From positions 480,001 through 544,000 of the forward strand of contig OY782781.1 in the NCBI GenBank assembly GCA_963678315.1: a stretch of 64,000 bases of DNA. Reading direction: 5' to 3'. Made by a program: the position numbers and the translations under genes. Position 1 is the first letter of the stretch. Each line of letters opens with the position of its first letter. Source of the DNA: Candidatus Cloacimonadales bacterium. GTDB lineage: Bacteria; Cloacimonadota; Cloacimonadia; Cloacimonadales; JAFGVF01. The notes under the pieces are model-generated. The model searched no databases, was not told the DNA's origin, and saw only the letters and a program-made list of their open reading frames with translations. Below are positions 10,623 through 20,372 of this stretch, one piece after another.

Positions 10623-12851
10623 ATGAAACATAGAAAATTTATACTTCTGGCATTGTTACTCTTTACAATAGCAAGTATTAATGCTACTAATGCTTTAATA
10701 TGGAAGAAAGAGAATCCTACTGCGCATATTACAATTGAAGAAACAGGTCAAGTTGGAACTGCTGCTGATGCGATTAGTACTGTTTTAACTAGACTTGAAA
10801 TTGATAATATCATCACAACTCAACTTGAAGGTGACCTTAGTCAATACGACTTTATTGTTGTTTCTATGGGCACTTTCTGCGAGTCCTGAGGACTCACACC
10901 TCCGGGAGTCGTGAACTCCTCAGAAGAAAATATTTTAATTAGTTATCTCAATCAAGGTGGAGCAATTTACTTTGAAGGAGTTAATCTTGGCTATGACCAT
11001 AACGGCACAAACTTATGGAATTATACAGGTGTAGATTATCAAGGACAAGGAAATTTACACACAGGCATTGGTGATATTACTGGTGCTTCAGGAACATTCA
11101 TGGGTGAGAAAGAGATAAACTATCAAGTTAACACTTATGCAGACATACATAATAACAGATTTGGCGCTGGTTTAGGAGAAATACTTTTCCGTTCTGGAGA
11201 TAATCATGGAAGAGTAGTAGCTTATTCAAATGGCACTTATAGAATGATAACTTCTAGTTTAATATTTGGAGGATTCATAGATAATGGTGGCTTAAATACT
11301 AAGCTTAATGTTATGAAACTATACACTTCTTACCTGCTAAACAATCAACAAGCCGAGTTAAGCCTTAATTTAGAAGAAGTTGACTTTGGAGTTGTGAATC
11401 CAGGTCAAGAGACAACACAAACACTAGTTCTCCAAAATGTTGGTATGCAAGATTTAGAAATATCAAATTTATCTATTAGCAATTCCAATTTTAGCTTATC
11501 TTCCAATGAAAATATAGTTTTAGAATTTGGACACTCAGTAGAAATTGAAGTTAACTTCTCAGCAAATGAAGCTGGAGAATTTGAAGGTAATATTATGTTT
11601 GAGTCAAACGACCCCGACAATGCTAATATTACAATTCCTGTTTCTGTAAGTAACTTCACATTTCCCTCACTAGAATATCCAGAAGAATTGACCGCTGTTT
11701 CTAATAATGGAGATGGTGAGATTTCTTTTGAGCTTGATAACTCAGGCCAACAAGACCTTTCTTACTGGATTCAAGTACTTGATGCAAACAGACCTGACAA
11801 CTATGGTTATGAATGGCAAGACAGCAACAACTCAGATTTAGAATTTGAGTGGGTGGATATTTCTACTTATGGTACAGATATTAGCTTTGATGGGACAGAT
11901 GATTATGTTGATTTAGATCTACCTTTCCCATTCCCATTCTATGGTGAAATCAAAAATGAAGTTTCTATTTCTTCTAATGGTTATTTAACTTTCGGAACAG
12001 ATGGTATCGACTATAGTAACGATGAGATTACTTCTCCTATAAATCCGAATGATTTAATAGCAGTATTCTGGGATGACTTAAATGGAACTATAGGCAATGC
12101 TTACTACTATTACAATCCAGAAGAAATATCGCTTACTATTCAGTACTCTGACTTTGCATTCTTCAATGCTACTGGAGATTTGAACTTCCAAGTTAAGTTA
12201 ATGTATAACGGCGATATCTACTTCTATTATGACGAAATGGATGGTAACCTTTATAGCTCAACAATCGGTATAGAAAATGCCAATGCTACTGATGGACTAG
12301 AAGTTGCCTATAATGAAAATTTCTTAGAAAGCTATATGGCAATTAAAGTATCCTACAATGTTGATTGGGTTATCTTAGATAATTGGCAAGGTTTGATTAG
12401 CCAAGATTCACCTGAGACCTTTAATCTTGAATTCCCAACAGAGACTTTAGAGTCTGGAGAATACAATGCTATTTTAAGAGTAAATACAAATGCTCCAGAT
12501 AATATGATTGTTGATATTCCATTGAGTCTAATGGTAAATACAACATCTAATTCCAATACTGATACAAGTCCTGTATCTACTGTTCTAGGGCAAAACTATC
12601 CAAATCCTTTTAACCCTGAAACTAATATTTCTTTCAATCTAGCAAATGGAGGAGATATATCTTTAGCTGTTTATGATGTGAGAGGAAGAAAAGTAAAAGA
12701 TCTTGTTTCAGGCTACATGGACGCTGGTAACCACACTCTCGTCTGGAATGGAACAAATAACCAAAATGAAGGAGTTTCTTCAGGAATCTACTTCTACAAA
12801 ATTCGTAATGGGAAATATAGCAGAACTCGTAAAATGGTTCTGATGAAATAG
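10623..12851 (+). CDS. Putative secreted selenoprotein: signal peptide, CxxU domain, Ig-like domain, nidogen-like domain, FlgD-Ig/T9SS-like tail; in-frame UGA at 10887-10889
   Basis: ATG 10623 has a GGAG RBS and encodes a signal peptide. The frame reads ...GTFCES-TGA-GLTPPGV and continues in frame into ORF 10911-12851. A GC-rich stem-loop follows the UGA. Confidence 0.8.
10887..10922 (+). promoter_or_regulatory. Candidate bacterial SECIS stem-loop
   Basis: UGAGGA pairs with UCCUCA (10917-10922), UCAC with GUGA and CUC with GAG, closing a G-containing apical loop (CGG). Confidence 0.7.
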
Positions 12852-12895
12852 TATCATATTAATGCATGATTGATGATGTATGATTAAGATTTAAG

Positions 12896-12923
12896 TGAAG
12901 GGTGTGAATATTCACACCCTTCA
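12896..12923. terminator. Perfect palindrome, likely terminator between convergent genes
   Basis: TGAAGGGTGTGAAT/ATTCACACCCTTCA, followed by GACTTTT. Confidence 0.7.
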
Positions 12924-12964
12924 GACTTTTAGTTAAGTCAAAACTCTTTGTTTTTGATTTATTT

Positions 12965-13097
12965 TGTAAGCAAGGACTGTGACAGGCGAAGACTGTTGCT
13001 TACAATCCTGTTATAATTTCGTAAGCAGGGATGCTTACAATCCAGTTATATTTCGTAAGCAGGGACTGTGACAGGCGAAGACAGTTGCTTACAATCC
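12965..13097. repeat. Three tandem palindromic GTAAGCA...TGCTTACAATCC units
   Basis: Two long units carry the insert CTGTGACAGGCGAAGAC(T/A)GT; they flank one short unit that lacks it. Confidence 0.9.
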
Positions 13098-13099
13098 GA

Positions 13100-13696
13100 T
13101 TATTTCAATTTTACAATGTAGTTAAGCATCTTTTTCTCAGAACCTAAGATATCGTCACACATCCACTGTTCCACGATATCAAATCTAGTGTTAAGAAGAT
13201 TAACTATTTGTCTGTGCTTATAATAGCTTGAAAAGATCCCCTTATCATCCTTACTTTCACCAGTTCCATCATATAAAGAGAAGAAAAAGACTCCTTTAAC
13301 CTTAATCTTAGACAGGAAGAACTGTAAATCTTCAGAACTGAGATGTTGTAAAGCTAGGTTACAGAAAAGGTGTTCAATTTCATAATCATGTTGAAAAGAA
13401 TTAACAAATTCAACATCAGAGAAGTCAATTAATGAGAAAGGACAAGCAAACCTAGTAGTAATCCATTCATAAAAACCAAGGACATTATCACTACCGTGAA
13501 TATTTCGGCCCTGACCAAATATATAGGTAAGGTTATTCCCAGAGCCTGTACCAAGTTCTAGAATTTTAGATTGTCCTTCAACATAAGCTAAAAACTTTTC
13601 AACTGCTTCTTGGTGGTACTTATCGAAAGTTTCAGCTATATAGTCTACACAAATTTTATCATAAATTTCCATATTATTATTAAGATAATTATCCAT
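13100..13696 (-). CDS. Class I SAM-dependent methyltransferase
   Basis: ILELGTGSG motif I and NLALQHL. Probable start at ATG 13696 after AGGAG. Confidence 0.8.
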   Translation of the reverse strand: MDNYLNNNMEIYDKICVDYIAETFDKYHQEAVEKFLAYVEGQSKILELGTGSGNNLTYIFGQGRNIHGSDNVLGFYEWITTRFACPFSLIDFSDVEFVNSFQHDYEIEHLFCNLALQHLSSEDLQFFLSKIKVKGVFFFSLYDGTGESKDDKGIFSSYYKHRQIVNLLNTRFDIVEQWMCDDILGSEKKMLNYIVKLK

Positions 13697-14939
13697 TCTT
13701 TCTCCTAAAAATATCACTAAAGTTAAGAATTAGATTTAAGGTAATCCCAATTACAGCTGCTAAGCCAAGCCCTTTTAATGTAAAATTACCATAGGTAAAT
13801 TCAGCGTTACCTAGTCCGATAACTAACATAGAGGCTGCAATTATAAGTATTTTAGGATTAGTAAAATCCACTTTAGCATCAATCATGTTCTTAATACCTA
13901 TTGAAGAAATCATTCCAAAAAGTAAAATAGATATTCCACCAATCACAGGACCAGGAATAACTTTAATTAATTCTGTGAATTTAGGAATAAAAGCTAAGAA
14001 AATAGCAAAAGTAGCAGCAACCCTCATTATAATAGGATTCTTATTACCAGTAAGTGCGATTGCTCCAGTATTTTCACTATAAGTAGTAAGAACTGGTCCA
14101 CCCATAGCTGATGAAATACATGATGCAACTCCATCGCCGAAAAGGGTTCTATGAACACCAGGATTCTTTAAGAAATCTTTTCCCACAACATTACCTATTG
14201 CTAGCACATCGCCAAAGTGTTCAACAATAGCAACAAAAGCAATTGGTACAGTGATAGACAAAGCACTTACAGAGAATTTTGGTGTTGTGAATTGAGGCAA
14301 GCCATACCAGCTAGCTTCTATAACTTTTGAGAAATCAATAATTCCCAAGATAGCTGAAATTGCAAAGCCAAAAATCAATGAGATAAGCACAGGTAGCATT
14401 GATAAGAACTTTAAACCAATCTTCTCAAAGTAGATCTTTACAAATACTGATACTGCAAAAGTAGAAAGAGCTAGAAGCCAACAGCCATTAGTTCCTATTT
14501 GAGCAGTTAGTGTTTGAGAATTTGCTCCATTAGCATTAGATATTGCTACAGGAGCAAGTATCAAACCAATCAGAACAATCATGGGACCTGTTACCCAAGC
14601 TGGAAGTATTTTATGTAAAACATCTATACTAATATACTTCAAGAGCAATGAGACAAGCATAAACATTACACCAACCCCAAAGATTCCACCTAAGGCATAA
14701 GCTTGGCCACTAGAAGCTGAAATCGAAGTTATTGCTGCAATAAAAGCAAATGATGAACCTAGATATATAGGCACAATACCCTTGGTTAGGATATGGAAAA
14801 TCAAAGTTCCTATTCCTGTAGCTAGCAGGGTTATTCCTACATCTAATCCTGTCAGGATTGGTACTAATACAGTAGCTCCGAACATCACAAAGGTATGTTG
14901 AAGCCCCATTATAACATTACGGCTATTTAAGTCTTTCAT
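13689..14939 (-). CDS. uraA: Uracil/xanthine permease (NCS2 family)
   Basis: GLQHTFVMFGATVLVP, YLGSSFAF, EHFGD and TTYSENTG motifs. Confidence 0.9.
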   Translation of the reverse strand: MKDLNSRNVIMGLQHTFVMFGATVLVPILTGLDVGITLLATGIGTLIFHILTKGIVPIYLGSSFAFIAAITSISASSGQAYALGGIFGVGVMFMLVSLLLKYISIDVLHKILPAWVTGPMIVLIGLILAPVAISNANGANSQTLTAQIGTNGCWLLALSTFAVSVFVKIYFEKIGLKFLSMLPVLISLIFGFAISAILGIIDFSKVIEASWYGLPQFTTPKFSVSALSITVPIAFVAIVEHFGDVLAIGNVVGKDFLKNPGVHRTLFGDGVASCISSAMGGPVLTTYSENTGAIALTGNKNPIIMRVAATFAIFLAFIPKFTELIKVIPGPVIGGISILLFGMISSIGIKNMIDAKVDFTNPKILIIAASMLVIGLGNAEFTYGNFTLKGLGLAAVIGITLNLILNFSDIFRRKNG

Positions 14940-15119
14940 GTTTACTCCTATATTTAACTCATTGTTTTTGAACTTCTACTGCCCCACAAGAGTATAAAAT
15001 TAGATTGTTAATAAGCCCTAGTGTGTCAAATAAAAAATGGGAGTTTGTATTAATTGCTTAGACAAACAACATTTATAAACGCTGTTAATATTAAACTCAA
15101 ACTTGAAATTTATTGACAA

Positions 15120-15136
15120 TGGTATATTAATTGCAT
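15120..15136 (+). promoter_or_regulatory. Putative sigma54 (-24/-12) promoter of the dsbD operon
   Basis: TGGTATATTAATTGCAT fits GG-N10-GC with TTGC at -12, about 60-70 nt upstream of the dsbD start. Confidence 0.5.
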
Positions 15137-15192
15137 AATTTTACAAATAACTTATATTATAATGAATAGAAAAGAAAAATAGATACTTAGAG

Positions 15193-17292
15193 ATGGGAGA
15201 GTATATGATAAAAATAGGTAGAAGCTTTATCTTTATATCGATGATGATATTATTGGTTAGCACTCTTTTTGGCGATGAAGTAACAAATCTTAATTATTCA
15301 CAAGATGGCAACAAAGGTTTAATCCAAGTAACTTATAATATCCCTAAAGGGGAGCATCAAAGCTATGTGGTAGAAGATGAATTTACTAATTTCTTTATTG
15401 AAGAACCATTTGATTACAAGAATAAAGGTGTTGAATTTGAAGCAACTATATATCCTAATATAGAAGGCAAGAAAAAAGGTGATATTGTTGAATATCATGA
15501 TTCTGTAACACTTACAAAGTCATTCACAATCACTGATGATACAATCAAAGAAGTAAAAATCGAGTATGGTTATAACTTCTGCTATGATGGAGGAGCTTGT
15601 CAGAGACCTATTATCCAGAGTTCTACTCTAGAAATTGAACCTTTTGAACTTGCACCAGAAGAAAAGAAGTTAACTTCACTTGAATATAGTCAAGAAGGTA
15701 ATAAAGGGTTAATCTCTGTAAAATATACAATCCCTAAAGGGGAACACCAATCTTATGAAGTTGGAGATGAATTTGCTAACTTCTTTATTGAAGAACCATT
15801 TGAATACAAGAATGAAGGTGTTGAGTTTGAAGCTACTCTTTATCCGATGACAGAGGATTCTAAAGCTGGAGAAATAGTTGAATACCACGACCAAGTAACT
15901 TTAACAAAAGCATTTAAGATTACCGATGCTTCAGTCAAAGAAGTAAAAATTGAATATGGCTATAACTACTGTTTTGATGGTGGTGCTTGCCAAAGACCTA
16001 TTATAGAAGAAGGGACTATAGAAATCCTTCCTGTTGATTCTGTTGCAGTAGCAAATTCAGCAAAAGAAGCAGCAGATTCTTCAAAAGTATTATACTTCTT
16101 GTTATTGGCATTTCTAGGTGGACTTATTCTTAACATTATGCCTTGTGTATTACCTGTTCTATCAATCAAAGCAATGAGTTTGGTAAATCAAGCTCACAAC
16201 GATAAAAAGCACATTTTAATGAGCTCTTTAGCCTATACCTTTGGAATAGTTCTTTCATTTATAATTTTAGCAAGCGTTGTTGTAGGTATTAAATCTACAG
16301 GCGACAGCTTAAGTTGGGGATTCCAGTTCCAAAATCCTTGGTTCGTATTCTCACTACTTATATTAATCTGGGTATTCACTCTTTCATTATATGAAGTCTT
16401 CCAAATCAGAGTTCCTGGTATGAACATGGCAACTCAAGCATCTACAAAAGGCGGACATTGGGGTTCTTTCCTAAGCGGTATCTTCGCAGTTCTACTTGCA
16501 ACTCCATGCACAGCTCCATTGCTAGCACCTGCTATCGGCTTTGCTTTCCAACAACCTCCATTCGTAATATTCTCATCATTCATTATGATTGGTCTTGGAT
16601 TAGCTTTCCCATTTATTCTATTAGGAATATTCCCTAAAGCAATTAAGTTCATTCCAAAACCTGGAAACTGGATGATTACATTCAAAGAATTCATGGGCTT
16701 CTTGCTCTTTGGTACTGCAATCTATCTTCTAAGAACCATGTACTTCCTACTTGATGGTGGTGCTTTCATGAATATAATCTGGTTCCTTCTTGTGCTAAGT
16801 ATTGGCTGTTGGATATACGGTAAATTCGCTGATCCTTCAAGTTCACCAAGAAAGCAATGGCTCTGGACTATCATAGCTCTTATCTTAATCTTTGGCTCTG
16901 GTCATTTCTTAATTGATTTCACACAAGACGGTCAAGCTGAAGTTAAAGGTATAGAAAAAGGCTGGGAGACATTTACTGAAGAAAAACTAAATGAATATAG
17001 GAACAATGATGAAGCAGTATTTATTGACTTCGGTGCTGAATGGTGCCTAACCTGTAAAACTAATGAGACTACTGTGCTTCATACAGAAAAGATTATGAAA
17101 GTATTTGAAGATAATAATGTTAAATTGCTCTTTGGAGATAATACAAGAAAGAATGAATTAGTCGAGAAATGGCTTGCTAAATATGAAAGAGCTGGTGTTC
17201 CTTTATATTTATACTTTGCTCCTGGCTCTGATGAAGCTGTTGTTCTTCCAGAAGTTATCACCAATAGTAATGTAACTGAATTGTTTGAATAA
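15193..17292 (+). CDS. dsbD: DsbD-like thiol:disulfide interchange protein with two N-terminal DsbD-alpha-like domains
   Basis: TM-domain cysteines MPCVLP and TPCTAP; C-terminal thioredoxin AEWCLTCK; duplicated N-domain with C(Y/F)DGGAC. Confidence 0.88.
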   Translation: MGEYMIKIGRSFIFISMMILLVSTLFGDEVTNLNYSQDGNKGLIQVTYNIPKGEHQSYVVEDEFTNFFIEEPFDYKNKGVEFEATIYPNIEGKKKGDIVEYHDSVTLTKSFTITDDTIKEVKIEYGYNFCYDGGACQRPIIQSSTLEIEPFELAPEEKKLTSLEYSQEGNKGLISVKYTIPKGEHQSYEVGDEFANFFIEEPFEYKNEGVEFEATLYPMTEDSKAGEIVEYHDQVTLTKAFKITDASVKEVKIEYGYNYCFDGGACQRPIIEEGTIEILPVDSVAVANSAKEAADSSKVLYFLLLAFLGGLILNIMPCVLPVLSIKAMSLVNQAHNDKKHILMSSLAYTFGIVLSFIILASVVVGIKSTGDSLSWGFQFQNPWFVFSLLILIWVFTLSLYEVFQIRVPGMNMATQASTKGGHWGSFLSGIFAVLLATPCTAPLLAPAIGFAFQQPPFVIFSSFIMIGLGLAFPFILLGIFPKAIKFIPKPGNWMITFKEFMGFLLFGTAIYLLRTMYFLLDGGAFMNIIWFLLVLSIGCWIYGKFADPSSSPRKQWLWTIIALILIFGSGHFLIDFTQDGQAEVKGIEKGWETFTEEKLNEYRNNDEAVFIDFGAEWCLTCKTNETTVLHTEKIMKVFEDNNVKLLFGDNTRKNELVEKWLAKYERAGVPLYLYFAPGSDEAVVLPEVITNSNVTELFE

Positions 17293-17303
17293 AGGATGGA
17301 TTT

Positions 17304-18398
17304 ATGATTAAAAAACTTTTAGTAATTGGATTAGTACTTATCTTAGCCCTCACAATTGTAAGTTGTGATAGATTTGATAAGCCTGTATCCGAAGATAACC
17401 AAGAACTTGAAACAGAGATTACTGAAGATTTCCAAGTCTTCATTGACCTAGCAAGTGTTACTAATTCTACGAATATCGATGAATTAATGGTCTTTTTTAC
17501 TGATGATTACCTTAACAATGGAGAGACAAAACAATCTATTCAGCAAAGAATCGAATCAATGTTTACTGCTTATAATAATGCATATATTACAGTGAGTCTC
17601 TTAGAAGTTAATGGAGTAAACATAAAATGGTCTTTATCTGCTTTTGACGCTAATCAAGATGTCTTTGATTCTATGGAATTCTATGATGTAATGCATGAAG
17701 TTAACGGTATGTACCTTCTTTATGGTAACCAACAACAAGCTCCTAACGATGAGAAGATGCCATTATTAGCTGAGATATTTACTGCTACATGGTGTGGAAC
17801 TTGTCCAGAAGTTGAAGCAGCTATTCATGATTACCAAATTAACAACCCAAGTAACTTCTTCTACTTAGAATACCATAATCAAGATGGACTTACAGAAGAC
17901 ATGGAGTTCTTTAGTTCTTTCTATGGTTTAACAACCACTCCAAATGCTATCATTCAAGGAAAAGATATTCTATCAAGTGATCAAATTGATGCTATCCCTA
18001 CTATTCTTGATTCTTATAAAGATACAGAAGCTTCTTTCAAGTTAAATAACTTCACTCAAATAGATGACCCTACTAACTTTGTAGCGACTGTAGAAATTGA
18101 AGCTCTTGGTGATGAATTACCTACTGCTGAGAATCTAAAGCTTAGATGGGCTTTCTACGAAGAAACTTCTTCTACAAACAACTATGCTGGTCAACCTTGT
18201 AGACATGTTGTGCTAACAGAAGGTTTCCTAGATGTTACTGCTGCTCAACTATCAGGAGAAAGCGTTAATTTGAATCTTAGTTACCCTAGAAGCAATGAAA
18301 CTGATCTAGGTATTGCTATCTGGTTACAACAATGTGGTGAGAGTTATGATGATACATCTATGGTTTATACCTGGACTAAACTAGAATTAGGAGAATAA
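17304..18398 (+). CDS. Omp28-related thioredoxin-fold lipoprotein
   Basis: Lipobox IVSC; EIFTATWCGTCP; C-terminal RHVVL and IAIWLQ segments. Confidence 0.75.
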   Translation: MIKKLLVIGLVLILALTIVSCDRFDKPVSEDNQELETEITEDFQVFIDLASVTNSTNIDELMVFFTDDYLNNGETKQSIQQRIESMFTAYNNAYITVSLLEVNGVNIKWSLSAFDANQDVFDSMEFYDVMHEVNGMYLLYGNQQQAPNDEKMPLLAEIFTATWCGTCPEVEAAIHDYQINNPSNFFYLEYHNQDGLTEDMEFFSSFYGLTTTPNAIIQGKDILSSDQIDAIPTILDSYKDTEASFKLNNFTQIDDPTNFVATVEIEALGDELPTAENLKLRWAFYEETSSTNNYAGQPCRHVVLTEGFLDVTAAQLSGESVNLNLSYPRSNETDLGIAIWLQQCGESYDDTSMVYTWTKLELGE

Positions 18399-18399
18399 A

Positions 18400-18918
18400 A
18401 TGAAATTTAGAAATATATTATTAGTTGTTTTGATTGTTACATTCACTATTGGATTAAGTGCTGAAAAGAAGTTTACTAACTTCAAGTTAGAAGATGCTAA
18501 GGGAAAGGTTTATAAACTTAATGACATTACAGATCAGAAGATTACTATTGTTGATTTCTGGCGTTCTGATTGTGACCCATGCAAGAAAGGTCTTCCTCAT
18601 TTAGATGAACTTTCTTCTGAATACGATAGCTTAAGAGTTGTTGCAATCAGCACAGATAATCCTAGATCTAAAAGAAAAGCATTAGCCTTTATCAAGTCTC
18701 AAAAGTTTGAATTCTTAACCTTATATGATTTAGATGGTAAAGTTCACGGTAAAATGAAATACCCTACAGTTCCTTATACTTACTTACTTGATAACCAAGG
18801 AAACATCTTGTTTGAGTTTGATTCTTCTCAACCAGGAGCTTTAGAGACTCTTAAGAGTGAACTAAACAAATATCTCACACCTCTTCATCATGATGATGAA
18901 AACATGCCAGAAGACTAG
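18400..18918 (+). CDS. TlpA/ResA-family thioredoxin
   Basis: Signal peptide; VDFWRSDCDPCKK; VPYTYLLD (cis-Pro loop). Confidence 0.85.
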   Translation: MKFRNILLVVLIVTFTIGLSAEKKFTNFKLEDAKGKVYKLNDITDQKITIVDFWRSDCDPCKKGLPHLDELSSEYDSLRVVAISTDNPRSKRKALAFIKSQKFEFLTLYDLDGKVHGKMKYPTVPYTYLLDNQGNILFEFDSSQPGALETLKSELNKYLTPLHHDDENMPED

Positions 18919-18926
18919 TATTAGGA

Positions 18927-20360
18927 ATGCTTATGAAGAAAATAATATTTGTTCTATTACTTATTACAGCCTTTGGGCTCAGTGCTCAAGACCTCTACAT
19001 TTCTGGTTCTAATACTGCTGAGTATATCTACAAGTCAGCTGATGATTCTCTCAAGAACTACTTCGAAGATGAACTTAATCTTACCCTTGACTATAACAAG
19101 ATATCATTGGGCTTAACATTTAATGCTTATCTTCCTAAATATGATGAGAATGCACCAATAGAGAATCTTAACTCCGATGATATTGAATATGAATGGGAAG
19201 AACGTTATGTTAACTATTCAGGAGATAATATAGAATTTAGAGCTGGTACCATTGAAGATTACTTCGGTTCAGGCATGACATTCAGAGCTTATGAAGATGA
19301 AGACCTTGACCATGATAACAGACTTGAAGGTTTCATGGGCTACTTTGCTAATGATTACTTCAAAACTAAAGCTATTTATGGTGTAACAGAGAGTAAAAAC
19401 TATGCTGATAAGAATGATGCTTTTTATGGACTAGAAGCTTCTAGCAACTATGATTTCATTACCTTGGGTGGAAAAGCTCTCGGAGTAAGAGAACAAGTTC
19501 TTGCTGACTATTACAGTAACCGTAAAGTTTACGGTTCTGAACTTACCCTAGCTTTCGATGCTCTTGATTTCTATGTAGAATATGCTTACTCTGACTTAGA
19601 GAACATAAACAAATCAGAATATGGTCATGGACTTTACACTAACACTTCTTTATATGTTGGCGACTTCACTTTCACTGGTGGCTACAAATACTTCAAAGAT
19701 TTTGATTATAGATTCATTGACCTACCTACCTTAAACCATGCTGACGAGCCTCTTGATGATTACCAAGCTATTGGTTCTGATGAAGAAGGTTTCTTAGGTG
19801 AGATTAGCTGGAATAATTCATTCGGCGACCTCATGGCTTCTTATGCTGAAGCATGGTCAAGTGACTTTGATTACAAACTCTCTAATGGATATGGCGAGCT
19901 CCAAAAGGAGTTTGGAGAGAATATCTTCACCTTCGAATACGAACACTTTGAAAGAAAGCATAAATCAATAAACACTTGGAGTAAAGAATTAACCCCTGCT
20001 ATTGTTGCAGATATTCCTGTTACTAACAACTTCAAGCTTCACTTGAAAACTGAGTATGAAATGATAGAAGAAGTACACGGTTCTGAAGAAACTGAACATA
20101 TTGAACCTTTGCTTCAAACTGATTTCTTATTTAACAACTTTGGAATCTCTATTATTACTGAAGTTCAAATGGAAGACTTATCTGATACAGATAATGCAGA
20201 TTTCTGGCTTGGTGGAGAAGTTAAAGCTTCTATTATGGATAATACTGATTTACTTATCTTTGCGGGTAAGCAAAAAGGTGGTTCTGTATGTAGAAACGGT
20301 ACCTGTAAAGAAGTTAAGCCTTTCGAAGGTATAAAGTTCGAAATAACTACTAAGTTTTAA
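18927..20360 (+). CDS. Outer-membrane beta-barrel protein (DUF6029-like)
   Basis: Signal peptide; FGSGMTFRAYED; C-terminal GGSVCRNGTC...PFEG with terminal Phe. Confidence 0.7.
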   Translation: MLMKKIIFVLLLITAFGLSAQDLYISGSNTAEYIYKSADDSLKNYFEDELNLTLDYNKISLGLTFNAYLPKYDENAPIENLNSDDIEYEWEERYVNYSGDNIEFRAGTIEDYFGSGMTFRAYEDEDLDHDNRLEGFMGYFANDYFKTKAIYGVTESKNYADKNDAFYGLEASSNYDFITLGGKALGVREQVLADYYSNRKVYGSELTLAFDALDFYVEYAYSDLENINKSEYGHGLYTNTSLYVGDFTFTGGYKYFKDFDYRFIDLPTLNHADEPLDDYQAIGSDEEGFLGEISWNNSFGDLMASYAEAWSSDFDYKLSNGYGELQKEFGENIFTFEYEHFERKHKSINTWSKELTPAIVADIPVTNNFKLHLKTEYEMIEEVHGSEETEHIEPLLQTDFLFNNFGISIITEVQMEDLSDTDNADFWLGGEVKASIMDNTDLLIFAGKQKGGSVCRNGTCKEVKPFEGIKFEITTKF

Positions 20361-20372
20361 GGAGAATAGATT

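Noticed and set aside
10887..10889. Genome-wide UGA reassignment (code 4 or 25)
   Set aside because: Long genes translate intact under code 11, Trp is TGG, and TGA terminates parA, istA and darT.
12965..13097. Mini CRISPR array
   Set aside because: Only three units of unequal length, with ~12-bp similar spacers; it fits a REP-like cluster better.
14940..15110. PyrR attenuator or riboswitch upstream of uraA
   Set aside because: No recognisable PyrR-binding loop or terminator/antiterminator pair in this short AT-rich leader.
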